A stretch of 51,557 nucleotides of DNA from Halocafeteria seosinensis (lineage: Eukaryota): assembly GCA_001687465.1 (NCBI GenBank), contig LVLI01000550.1, positions 1 through 51,557 of the forward strand. Reading direction: 5' to 3'. This document shows positions 11,750 through 24,800 of this stretch, piece after piece. Both the position numbers and the translations under genes were made by a program. The notes beneath the pieces were generated by a model. That model was not told the origin of the DNA and searched no databases. It saw nothing but the letters and a program-made list of their open reading frames with translations. The first letter of the stretch is position 1; the number at the start of each line of letters is the position of its first letter.

Positions 11750-14420
11750 ATGCCTAATTGGGATATGAAAGGTGCTCAATCCAAGCCAACAATGGAATCT
11801 GATAGAGCCCAGTACTACGAGCAGGAACTGCTGGAAGCTGAATCGAAGTACGACGAGTTTGTCCCCGAAATAGCCGAAGAAGGCGAGGGAAAGGAAGATG
11901 GAGAGTATGATCATGGATTCAGCATTCGAGACTTGGACTCAGGGCAGCAGGTACAGATCTATGATGTTAATACAGGAGAAGGGTAAGTCTTTTTCTTGGC
12001 ACATTTTGAGAGGGTGCGGCATTACACGTCACGCGCCTCTGGGCAACGGAAGAGAGAGGGAAGGCGTAGTGGAATGAGGGTGGTAACTGGCAGTCGCTCG
12101 CATGAATATAAATGTGTTGGGTGGTTGCCCAAAAACGAGCATGTAATTCTCTGCTGTACGTGTGATGGAGGCGCGTGTGTGAGAGTGTTTGCCCCCTTGT
12201 TTGTCCCTACCACTGACACTGCCCTAACTTCAACAAGGATCCCAGGATGGCTCTGCCGAGGAATGAACTGGAGTATCAGCAACATCGTCGAGAAAATGAT
12301 AAGTGGTACTACCGTCTTTGGTTGCAAGATATTACTGCCACTAGAGGCTGCCGTCCCTCTGCTCATTAATGCGGGAAATCCGTGGGCGGAGTGCCGGTTT
12401 GGGGTTTCCGGGATACTCCTTTTGTGTCGACGCGTTCGTATTAGTTGTATATACCATATTTTACCATTTATGTTACCGGATTCGATGCAGTGGATTGCCT
12501 GCGGAGACTGAAACAGAACAGCAAGAGCAATCTCCCGCGGAGAGACAGCGTGCGGAGTCTGTCATTACCCAGGAACTGGACCAAGCGAAGGAAGTCCACG
12601 TTGAAATAGTGTCCCACTCAAATATGAAAGAAGGGAAGACATCCTACGTGGCTTACGAGATAAGCATAACGCCGCGTATCAAGGATGCTGGGTATGCTTG
12701 GAAAATCTATAGGTATGGTTGGGGTGTCTGGTCATGCTTTCGCTTGGGGGGTGTGCTTACGGCCTATTTATAGCGCAGGAGGTATAATGACTTTAGGGGG
12801 CTATATGACGTTCTGAAAAAGGAGGGATTCGAAATGAGTCCTTTTCCCGGCAGGAATTTGCTGGGTGTATTCAGCTCAGATTTCCTCGAAAAACGCCGAG
12901 TTGCACTGAATCACTGGCTGAAAGGTGTCATGGCTTCTGCATCTCCCGATGCTTTGGACTATACAGTGGTTCGTAATTTCTTAACTGAAAATGCGGAACT
13001 GACAGAGAAAATACCGGGGAGTCGTGAAGGACGTTCCAAGCCACCCGTTCCCCCTAAGAATCCGCCCCGGAGCTCGAGCAGCGGTGCGGGTCTTTCCAGT
13101 ACGGTGCGAAAGAACAAGCATATAGGGCTAGAGGATTTCGAACTCGTTAAGGTCATAGGAAAGGGGAGTTTTGGTAAAGTACTGCTAGTTCGGAAAAAGG
13201 ATGATAGAAAGACAATGGCTATGAAAATACTTTCTAAGCCGAACATAATAAAAAGGAAACAGGTAGAGCACACCAAGACTGAGAGACGAGTCCTCGGGTA
13301 TACGAAGCATCCGTTTTTGGTTCAGCTTCACTACGCGTTCCAGTCTCGAGATAAACTATACTTCCTACTGGACTATTGTGGCGGTGGGGAACTGTTTTTC
13401 CACCTGGGACGTTTGGGAAGGTTCCGAGAGTCAATGGCTGCATTTTACACTGCTGAGTTAGTTCTGGCCCTGGGACATCTACATGCAGCAGGTGTAGTCT
13501 ACCGGTAGGTTTGAGTGCTAATTGAGGCTGAATCGTCAAGTTAGAAATTTAGTCACCCTCTCTGCAGAGATTTGAAGCCGGAGAATGTGCTTCTCGACAG
13601 TGACGGTCATGTGAAACTGGCTGATTTCGGATTGTCGAAGGAAGGGGTTACGGATGCTGTGGAAGGTACAAAGAGTTTCTGTGGCACCCCAGAGTACTTA
13701 GCGCCAGAAATCCTCGATAAGAAAGGGCATGGCACCGCAGTAGATTGGTGGAGCTTGGGTATGTTGCTATACGAAATGCTCACTGGACTGCCACCATGGT
13801 ACACAAGAGATCGGAAAAAGTTATACGAAAGGTTACGCTATGCACCTCTTGAATTCCCCGATTATGTCAGTGATGAGGCACGTGACTTATTGAGTGGGCT
13901 CTTGCAGCGAAACCCAAAGAAGAGGCTTGGTGCCTCTAACGACTCAGCAGAAATTGTCACACACTCATTTTTCTCGGGCATCAACTGGGCCAAGCTCAAA
14001 TCTAGACAAGTAACCCCTCCGTTCTGCCCACGCTTCCGGGGAGGGAGCGTCGATACTAAATATTTTGACCAGCAATTTACAGACTTGCCCGCAGATGTCA
14101 CTATGCAAGATAAAGATAATGTTGCTGACCGTCGTTCGGGAAGTGAGTATGGAAGAAGCTGGAGTGGTAGTAATATCTTTGCGGGATTCACGTTTGACGG
14201 GACAAATGAGCTCCGAATCCGTGCTGGAAGCGCAAGCAGTAGAGGATCAATCACGGGCTCCTTTGGAGGCCGCGGTTCTTTCACGGATAGAGCAGCCGCG
14301 TCGCAGCTGCCGCGACAAAAAAGCAACAATAGTGGAGCCGCAGGTTTTGGCAGCAACAAGTCCTCACCCTTGTCTCATTACCAGTTGTCTCCCAAGAGCA
14401 CTCACGATGAGAATGACTAG
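11750..14420 (+). CDS. PX-domain AGC Ser/Thr kinase (SGK3/CISK-like architecture)
   Basis: PX domain: VEIVSH...YVAYEI...WKIYR|RYNDFRGLYDVL...FPGR...FLEKRRVALNHWL. Kinase domain: GKGSFGKV, AMKIL, YR|DLKPEN, DFGLSK, SFCGTPEYLAPE, VDWWSLG. AGC C-tail with hydrophobic motif FAGFTF. Confidence 0.93.
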
Positions 14421-14706
14421 ATAATTGCATGGTTGCATTCCACCGGCCAATGATTTAGTGTCCACCAGCGACGAAGATTGCAATTTCTGAAGATTTCCAG
14501 CAGTACCGCTGGTATCATATTGGTAATACAATTTGGTATGCTTCTTACTTTCGGACGAACCCTTTAGGATGGTGTTTTGTTCCGACCATTTCGCCGAGTC
14601 TTCACAAGACCGGTAATCCAACGATAGAATTTCATAGAAATACCGTTGTTTTTGTTCATGTATTGAAATTACGTTGCCATTCAAGAGTTGAAAACATAAT
14701 ACAAAA

Positions 14707-15630
14707 ATGCCGTCTACGTATACCATACCGTTATCCGAAAGGAAATCGGACTGCATCTTTCTCGGGTAAGCTGTGGCTACGTCAACGCCCTTGACTTCAT
14801 CTCTTAAATCCCTCTTCCTGAGTATGCTACTTCAGGTTTTTTATTCTCAATGTTCTGTAAGCAAGCGGGGATTGCCTTGGTTATGAATAACGGGATCAAA
14901 CGAGACCATGTTACTCGCTGGCGCAGAGCCATCACGTACATCGTGGATCTGGAGCAGCTGGTGATTACTGATCCAAGTAACTTTGACTATCCAGTGTGGC
15001 CCCCTCAATGGTGGTAAGCTTGAGTAGATTGAGGAAACTCAGTTACTCTCTCTGTCTGTCTGTCTATCTCGTTACGATGGCCTCCTATTTGGGGACATCG
15101 CAGTGTTGATATTGTACATTGGTACGCGAGAAACTTCGATCCGCTTCTGCTTGCAAGGCCACCGTGGTGGAAAGCGACAATATGGGTGGATAATGTGTTC
15201 TTTGGACCCTTCTATATCGTGGCTATATACTGCTTTTACGTAGGGAAGAACTGGATACGGTAAGAAACATTGCTCAGAGGTTCCCGCGCTTCAAGGATTC
15301 GATCGAGCAACTGAGGTGTTGTTGGTCGTATGGTGCTGCAGCATTCCTTCTATCGTCTACTCCACGACTCTCATTACGATTGTAACCATCATTCTCTCGG
15401 AGGAGATTTGGGGAAATACGCCAGCTTTGAATCTGCCTCTGGTACTCATGCTAAACGCACCTTGGTTGCTTATACCATCTCTGTTGCTTTTGAAGTAAGT
15501 CGTTGCACCGTTTTTAGTCTAGCATTCTTGCAAGCAATAAGCCCAAATCACCATCTGGCGCAGGATGTGCCTACGAGAATGTCCGTTTACCGATGAAAGA
15601 ACCCCAACAACGAAGGTGAAGTACACTTAA
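14707..15630 (+). CDS. EXPERA/EBP-family (TMEM97/TM6SF-like) ER membrane protein; about 6 exons
   Basis: Spliced product: MPSTYTIPLSERKSDCIFLG|FFILNVL|AITYIVDLEQL...WPP...|VHWYARNFDPLLLARPPWWKATIWVDNVFFGPFY...GKNWIR|IPSIVYS...ILSEE...NAPWLLIPSLLLLK|...TKVKYT*. It has four hydrophobic segments and a C-terminal KxKxx ER-retrieval signal. Confidence 0.82.
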
Positions 15631-16158
15631 AGTGTCGGTTCAATTCCTGAGTTCTCTACTGCCAGGAATCCTGAAGGGTGAGTGCCAGAAGATCGATGCG
15701 TCTTTTGGTGTCAATCAGCTATTTATCAAGCATTGAGGTATATGTAACTAAGGAGAGGAATTGTTGTATCATGATACATATAGATAATCAGCCGAACAAC
15801 ATGGATTGTCGATGGCCTCGCTCCGACTCGAGGCTCCGAGGCCATCGCACTGCGCGCGCTGCGGCAACTTCAACCTGAGGAGGTGCATGTAATATGCTGC
15901 AGCACTACTGCCAGGTAGGAGTGTTGAATCAAGTAATATCACTGGTTTTATTTATATTGATCTCATACCCCGTATATGGGCGTTGTCTGTCGTAAGAATA
16001 CTTATCTTGCTCCGTGTGTGTATGCTGTAGCGACCTCGAGCGTTTATTTCAGTCGCATGCACATTCGCCGCCGCGAATCGCCGGCGATTGCGAACACTAG
16101 GACCATCCAGGAGCCTTGCACGTAAGGTACTCAATACGCTTGAGTTGACGGGGGAGCA

Positions 16159-19100
16159 ATGAACGATAAAAGTGCTCCTGCCTTAGGAGAGGAGGAAACT
16201 GGCGCAGTCGCAACAAACACAAGCAGCACTGCAACCAACGGCCAGCAATTGAGCAACGACGACGATGGCGTAGGTACAGATAGTGTAAATACCAGCAGGA
16301 ACGGTGTAGAGCAAACGACGGAGACCATTGATGTTACTGAGGCTGCCAATACGCAGCATGAAGCTGCTGTTGAAACCAATCGTGCTGAACAGGCCAGTGG
16401 GGCTTACTCCAACGCCGACGGTCACGGTGCCAAACATGGACGTAAGAGATATTTATGTCAGGGTAGCATGCCGAGCTTCGTCACCTTACTTCTCCGTTTC
16501 CAAGCTGCAGATGACAAACAACACTGGCACGTCGTGAAGAGCAGTCCTCAGGATAAACGCCTGCCATTTATGCATCAAGATGACGAGAGAATGCATCTTC
16601 TCGTTTTCAACGAAGGGATGGTGTACCGTGACTATTATAAGCAGTTAGCTTCAGAGGCAGGTGGAATGTTCAAGGTAACCACAATTGGAGATATCGATTT
16701 CGCGCTTACCGTTTTACGCGACCCTCTCTGCCGTATTGTAGCCCTGATAGTCGACTTACGAGATGGCATTAAACGAGTTGAAAGGATGTTGAAGGAACTG
16801 GATAAAGCGGGTGTCCGCATTCCCTGTACCCTCGTAGTCAAAGATGCAGCGCGAGCGGAACGAGACGAACACACCGCATCGTGCATAGCTGCATGGGCAT
16901 GCCGCATGCCCTGCTTGCTAGCTGAATTCCCGTTTCCTGTCAGTCCCTTGGCGACGAAGTTACACATACTGATAGAACAATATCGTAAGGGCACCGATAT
17001 CTACGAGGGAGTACGATCGAAGAGTATCTTACGAAATATGGGAAGGTGAGTGGGTCGAATGTGGGCATAATAGTTACACGGGATCAATCTTTGATCGCTT
17101 GCAGATATAAGAACCAACATCGAGAAAATTGGATGCGAGAGCAAGTTAAGTATGCCAGCAAAGATGACACTTCCAATCTGGCAAATTTCGTGAATATGCG
17201 GCTATCTCCAAGAAGTGCCGCGTCACGAGCCGGATCTGCAGCTAGTAGAAGGTTCGGCGACTGCGAGGAATCTGTTTTGCCGGGGAAGAGTTCTTCTGTA
17301 CTGGACACTCCTTCTATTTTCGAAATATCAATACAGGAAGGAGAAGACGGAAAGGCCAACAAATTTCGCAAGAAGATACGTAAAGAAGGGAAGACCAAAC
17401 GGGGACCAATCGATTTAGACGAACTGGAGAGTGTTCCGCATGATGTGGAAGGGACAAGACGGGAATACGCGGTGGAAACCTACCTAAAGTATAGGAGCAG
17501 CGCGCCACATACTTCACGGCCTTCTAGCCCCATTAGTGAAACTGAGGGATCTTCAGAGCCTACGCAAGTAGAGACGGAGAACCAGGCTCAAAGTAGCCTC
17601 GACGCGCAGTGGATGGATCCTTTAAGATCCAATGCCGTTAGACTGAGGCGTGTGGTTTCAGCCAAGGACATGCGGAGGGGTTTTAGAAACACGAGCGTAA
17701 TTGGTAACTATGAAGCGCCCATCAGAGACATCTTCAATGCGTCTCAAGAAGGAAAAACGGATCCAAGACTCTCAGGCAATTCCGGTGCCGGAATAATTTA
17801 TGATAGATTTGCTTCCGAAAACAACACAGGAAATGAGGTTGAGGACTTCGTGAAACTGATGCAGGCCACTGATGAAGACGCAATGAAACAGACCCGAGAG
17901 GTGCTTTCACGACTTTCACATACTAGGAGCAAAAAGGAAATAATTAACAGGTAACGTATCCGGAAACTTCATCGCTGGAAGCGCCCCGCTGACCGAGCAC
18001 TTGTAATTTGTTGTGCGCAGCGAGGGAAGGACACAACGAGGAGAGGTTTTCCCAACAGAAGAAGCTGATACTACGCCAATGAATCAGGCGTGGCAGCAAT
18101 GGATGGCGTTCGGTGAGTCTCATATGTATAAAAGTTCCTTGTTCACGTTGGATGTACCAAAGTCTCTGATGTATCCCAGATATGCTCAAAGGAGATACTG
18201 TTTCGCCCTCGCTGGACAATGTCAATGATTGCTCCCCTGCCTTCCGGTGGATAATGCGAGGTGTTGGAAAACTCTATGCAACAGATCGGCAAGAAGATGC
18301 GGAAACGCTGTTTAGCCAGGCGATTCGCGCTGACCCCTCATGTTCCACAGCGTTTCACATGAGAGCAGTTGCTAGAATAAAATTGGTGCGTACATTATAT
18401 TCCCAATAAAAAAGTTTGCCTCGGGAAGACGATCATTGCGCTTCCGTTGTTTGCTTGAGTTGCAGGGACAGTATGAAGCTGCGCTCCAGGATTTGGATGC
18501 GGCCCTACTGAAGGACCCAACCCCCATTGCAAAGACTTTGTTGAACTCTACTTCGGCAACGGATCAAGGTTCAATGTACGTAACGGAATCCGGATTCACT
18601 GAGAGAAGGATGCCCACGGGGGTCATATCTGCCAACATTGCTAATCCCAATGATCCTCTCTCAAGGTTGGTTGGGATCCATTTTCCGGCTGGACGAGGTG
18701 GACTTCAGCGATCCCATGAACAGTCGGAAAAGCTGAAGAAATGTAAAGAATTTGGATCGGCTATAGCAATAGCCACGTCTACCCTCGGGGAGATGGAAAG
18801 GTCCAGTAACAGTAAGCCCGGGGGCAACAAGACGCGTACCGATGGCGATTTGAAAAGCCTGTCATCAGTATCCTCGCTTTCGCGCAAGAAAATGTTGCCA
18901 AGTCAACCCATTGATTCCATCGTGAGGGCACTTTACAATAGAGCATACGTATTTACCGGTATGTTAGTACATGTATGCTTAAATTACAACTGAAAGTGAA
19001 CAAGAATCCCAATGGCATGGGCATGCTATGATCGGGCTGCAGCTTTAGGAGATCATTTTGCCGCTTTGGATGACCTCAACGATGTGCTAGAGCTGGACAA

Positions 19101-21844
19101 TGCCTTCGGTCCGGCCTTATCATTAAGAGCCATTTTGAAACGGAGGCAAGGAGATGAGTTTGGGGCTTCAGAGGACTATCTTCGCATCCAACGGAATCAA
19201 TGGAACACAAACTCTAATCCAAGTACAAGTGGTTCATCGAACGATTTATCTGACCCTGAAAAATTGATGAGCGCTCTGCATACTTTAAACATATCGTTCG
19301 ATGACCGTTTTATTGATATGTTGGGACTGAGGCGTTTCTTGCAGTACCAACCTAAACGGACGCAAGACGCTCGCAAAGGCAGCGACCTGTCTGGAGATTA
19401 CCCCACATCTTCGGGGCATGGGCTTCCAGATATCTCCGATACCGATTTGAAGTCCATCGAAAAAGCCACTATGTTCAGAGATCTTATCCTCTCGGCGGCA
19501 CGGGAACAGGAGCAGGCGGATCCGGCGTACACTGTACAGACTCCTAAGGAGATTTTGATGAAGGAGGCGACGTCTGACCAACGAAGGATTCTTGAATCGC
19601 TACCCCTTCATGGCAAAATGCGTGTGCCAGCAGGTGTGCCGCAAAATCTGCCTTGGAACGTTCGGAAGAGCTCTGGTCGTGCATCTATGAATAACGCGGA
19701 GAACAAAGTTGGTAGACCAGGGGAAAATCATGTGGATCAAAGTGGCAGCACAGCCGAAGAAAGAGAAAACAATGCGATAGCTTCCCAAGCAGAAAGTCTT
19801 GGCAGTTCATTGGACTTGTCCGATGTTGTCTCAGGTTCGAAAGATGTGTACTCGGCGATTGTCTGTCGGCCTACAGATGCTCAGGTAGCTCTGCAAAAAG
19901 CGGCAAAGGAACGGAAAAAGCACGATCTCGAAGTTATTGAAAGTTTGATGCAGTCCTTGCTCTTCTTCCGAACATTAGATAAGACTGTACAACGTGAGAT
20001 AGCTCAGTGTCTACAATATCGTTCTTACAAGGATACGGAAACGATATGTGAGGAAAACGAGAACTTCCCGTATTTCTGCATCGTTATGACAGGTATGATG
20101 TTACTATTATGGTACAATGCATACAACTTCTTTAGTTTCGTTAAATCTATTTGGCTGCTTCTTTCCATCCAGGGCAAGTGCTAGTTAGGGTAAGCGTCCC
20201 AACAGGGGACGTCAATACTTTCTTTGTGGTAGACCATTTAAGGACGGGGGACTTTTTTGGAGAGTTAACAATGCTTTACGGAAGGCACAGGACCCTACTC
20301 TGCACCAGCGAAGGGCCTTCTACGGAACTGTTACTTCTTCATGCTGAAGACTTTTATCGAGCCGGCCTGGATAAAAAATTTCAAGAACATATTGACTTTA
20401 AACAAGATAAACTACGCCGCTGCAACGCTTTTGCAAAATGGAGGGATGACGAATTACACTGGGTACGTATTCTGATGTCGATTTTGGTTGGAACTACATA
20501 TGTATTCCTTAGTTTCCTCGGTCCACCGCAGCTTGCATGCATAGCAAGAGTCAAAACGTTTCAGAAGTACCAGACAATTATCACTCAAAATGCCTTGCCT
20601 TCTTATTTTTTCGGTAAGAGTTGAGTCAAGAGGATGCTAAGATATTGTACTGACAATATCTGGTATCTCGCAGTTCTCACGAAGGGCATTTGCTCCGTTT
20701 ACCGGAGTGGGGACGCTCTGGACCTGGAGAAGAGAATCGCAGATATGGAGGAAGAGCTTAATGCCTTAAAGTATGCAGGGGCTTATCACCGAGGAATGCG
20801 GCGTTCGACTACACTAGGAGGCAGCAAAGCGCAGTATCGTGACCCCAACACTGCCACGAGCTCGAAGAAGTCGTTCACTACCGCATCAAAGGGTAAGGCA
20901 GGAAGCGTTTTTGGGCTCTCAACGGCTTCGTTACGGGAAGAAGGAAAGGTGAAGGAACTAGAAGACGATGGGACACATCACCGTTTACTCCCAGCAACGT
21001 ATGAAGCTAGTACCGCAGTGGAGGAAAAGCGCAAGAGAACGGAGGAGCAACTGCAACAGCTCATCCGGCAGCGCGACAAAATGCATGCCAAAGCCCAGGG
21101 GAAGCAGCACAGAGTATGCTCTGGAAAAAGCTTTGGCTCGAAAGCAGCAGAATCCCCTAGTCATGTTGGCAATCTTTCTCGACGAGAAAACCGACTCAGA
21201 AGAAGCTCTTCCAGGTTGCTTCGTAGTGGTGATTCGTTCCCTTCCAAGAGTTCTAGACCACGGAGTCGCAACGACAACGATTTTGATAGCGCTAGCTTTG
21301 ACAATATAGCGCGACCTGTGGAGGAGTACCAAGACACTCGTACGGAAGGCTCAGGGACATCACCCGCGCGAAATCAGCACTCTGGTCATTCAAATGCCAG
21401 AGAAGGTGCGGATGCTCGGAATCGAAGACTGCTGATTGAAACATTGTACCCACCTGCAATCTTCGGTGAAGTGAGTGCGCAGCGATGATACTCTTGCAGC
21501 CATACAGTTTTGATTTTGCTTCGTCTATTTTGCAGCTCGCAATACTCGCTCCTTGGGATGGCTTTGAGAGAGCTAGCGTGGTCGCGGAAACCTATTGCGA
21601 AGTGCTGTGCATTCCACGGTCCGAGATCGATCACTCATTGTTTACGGATGAAAGAAAAGAAGATATTAAACGGAGAGCCATGGTATATCCTGGAGATGAT
21701 GATATTCTTAAGCAGTACAAAGATAAGCAGAAATGGACGTCCTTTAGGCAAGAAATGATGGAGACTATAAACAAATCTAAGTGGCCGATTGACAAGAACA
21801 AACTCAAGCAAAAATCGGGCGGAAAGCAAGTGTTGGTAGAATGA
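16159..21844 (+). CDS. Large multidomain signalling protein: receiver(CheY)-like domain, TPR repeats and two cyclic-nucleotide-binding domains; multi-exon
   Basis: TPRs: AETLFSQAIRADPSCSTAFHMRAVARIKL|GQYEAALQDLDAAL and ALYNRA...ALDDLNDVLELD. CNB1: LFFRTL...YFCIVMT|GQVLV...LRTGDFFGELTMLYGRHRT. CNB2: NAFAKW...YFF|VLTKGIC...IFGE|LAILAP...RASVVAETYCEVLCI. Consecutive same-strand ORFs are joined by GT-AG introns. Confidence 0.8.
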
Positions 21845-21884
21845 GGAATTTCCACAATAAGTTGAAATGCATTCTTTGTAGCCC

Positions 21885-24800
21885 TTACAGTTTATCTGGT
21901 TGAGTCTTAAAAACTTCGTATAGATTCTGGAACGCGTCCACCCATTTGGGCACGTCTGTCTTCTGGCCAGTTTCAAGGTCCAAACTGAATTTCTCAGCGG
22001 TGATTGAAAGGCAACATGTAGGATCTACTTCTTTCCGGGAGAGCAGTTTTTTCTTATGATTAGGTCCTTTGCCTTGTTTTATTTCGGACACAGAGCGCAG
22101 ATCAACGGCCCCCAGTTTGGCTTTCGTCTTGGGGTCTTGCCAGATGATCGAGCGAAAATCTGGTGAAACCAAAACATGAGCACGTTTAGGAGTACCTTTT
22201 TTCCATACACTCATGATCTGTCCAGAACGTAACAATTGGCGGTATTCTCGCAACGGATCTTCTTCTCTCTTTGTAGTCGTTCGTACTTCTTTCGGCTCGG
22301 TTTCAGCTTCCTCAGCCTGAGCAAGATTCTCTAGCGACGAAATACTCAGGAGAGCTGACTTCCCGTAACGCTGAATTTCCTCGTCCTCCTTGTAGGTCTC
22401 CATAATGGTCTCAATTAGCTCTTTACCCCCTTCATCAATTACCACTTGAGCATTTTCTTTACTTGCCATTGCTACGTTGTCCAGTGTCTGTATACTCCGC
22501 ACCATAAGGTTTCGAGACTTGGGGTGAGTGGATATCGCCCGGATTATCGCCTGAATACCGTTGTACTGGACAAGGATCTTGATGTTACTCTCAACGAAAG
22601 CCAAATGTCCCAGCAGGCGAAAGGCCGACGTCAGAAAATCGGGGTCGTCGTGGTATCTTTCAATAGTTTGCATAATGGTGTGCAAACCATTTTCCGCGAT
22701 TATCTTGGAAAGCTCGTCATCTCCGGCTAAGCGGGTCAATGTTGCGAGACATTCAGCGCAAAAGTCTTTGCTATTCTTGTGATTGTTCAACAGCAGCAGG
22801 ATAGTGGACACTCCATCGAGATCCCGGATATTCTTCTGGGCATCCCCATCAGCAGCAAGATTCGTCATAGCAAGCTGCCCCGCAGTGAGAACGTCTTCAT
22901 TGTTCCCATGTGCTTCGATAGTAGAGAGCAATGCTTGTACACCGTTAACTTCCACGATCATTTTGACGCAGTCTTCATTGTATGTCAACGTGGCGAGCAA
23001 TGGCAAGCAATGGGCTACTATTTCTTCATCCCAGTCGTGTTGCTGCAGTATATCAATAACGACATTGACGAGACCCTGTTCCAACGCAACCTTCTTGGCT
23101 GTTTCCATGTCGTTACAGATATTGCATAAAGCATTCAGTGCCGATTTTAGAATTGAAGAATTCTGGAAGTATTTCTTCATATACCTTAAAATGGCATCCG
23201 TTCCGCCCTGTTCGTAAATGATGCTGGGGATGCTGCGATAATCGGGAGCCTTCGTCGCTCCTTCATCCTCTTCCATACTCGCGAAATTACCGAGCACTTC
23301 CATCGACAATTGGATGGCCTCATCATCGTCTGTTGCCGCGTCCATTCCCTGGACGATCACTTCAGTCGCACCGTGGTTATCCGCAATATACCTTATATTT
23401 TCATCTACATAGGACAGATTGCCCAAAGCTCTCAACGCCATCTTAAACAAATTGGTATCTCCGTAGTGCACTCGAATGATATGCGTCACTTCATCACCGC
23501 ATGTCTGACCAACAATACGCTTGTTTTCATTAGAGCCGTACATCAAGTTACTTAGCGCGCAAGTCGCATTCTCGAGAATTCTCGGGTGATTTGGATACTG
23601 CTGCATTGAATTCTCTATCCCAGTAACTCCGTCTGCCGACATGATGCGCTTTATGTTCTCGAACGAATTGAACGCCAGGTTAGCCAACACAGACAAGCAT
23701 TTCAAGATAATTTCCTCGTCGTCGATATGATTGCGTAGACCCGTGTGCGTTACTATAGGAATGCCACCACTTTGAGCAATTTGCTCTTTAAACGCATCAT
23801 TGCGGCTAACCCTTTCGAACAAAGCAAGCAGGATGCGAAGCAACGCTCTATTGTCGGGATTCGTGTTGATAGCTTGGATAATAGCGTTAATTCCGCCATT
23901 CTTTGCGATTTCTACGCAGTTTCCGGAGTTCATTGCCAATGTGTTCAAGCTCTGAGCAGCAGCCTCCAAAACCTCTGCTTGTTTTGGGTTGTTGTTCATC
24001 ACTGTTATCATCCCCGACAAAGCTTGCGAGTCGACGTTCTGCACGTTGTCCTCCTGTTGAAGGGTCGCAGCCTCTGCCATTGCTCGCAGGGATTCCTTCA
24101 TTTCGTTAAACCCTTCGGGCTCTTCCCAAGTAGTGGACCCCGTACTCATATCCACATAGTAGAACTGTCCAGAGTCTTCATCATAATGAGATTGATAGTT
24201 TGCTACCGCGGAGACAGTAGAGACCGAAGACTGAACTTTCGACTGCATAATTTTTGCCTGTTCATCAGAGAACTCATCAGCAAGACCTTCGGTGAGCTCT
24301 TCGTAGATGGAGGAAGCTTGCTCATCCTCCATAAGGACTTCCTGACACTTAGTAATTGTCCGCATCGATTCTCTATCTATCCCGCTCTCTGGTGCCCCCA
24401 TGGCGTTGACGACGTTCCGCATTACGGTTGCACAGCTCTTAACGATGCCGCGATCGGGTTCGATTACGTTGTCTTCATCCTCTAGGCCGTCTCGATATAG
24501 TTGCATTGTCTGAGCAAGGATCTGCATACTCTCGTTGTCCGCGATTGGACTACAGGTTTCCTTTGTCTGATGAGAAGTCACAGTATCGACGACTTTCATT
24601 ATTTTCTGTACTGTTTCTGCGTCGGTGATATTGGCTCCGACCATTTCTACAGCTGCTTTCAAACCGCCCTCCTGAGCAAGCAAGACACTTCCCTCAGGGT
24701 CTAATTTTATGGCGTATATGACGGACAGTGTGCTATCAGTCAAGCGGAATGCTTGTAACTTCGTTCGGTTGTCGGATTCGGCTGTCAGAGCCTTCTGATT

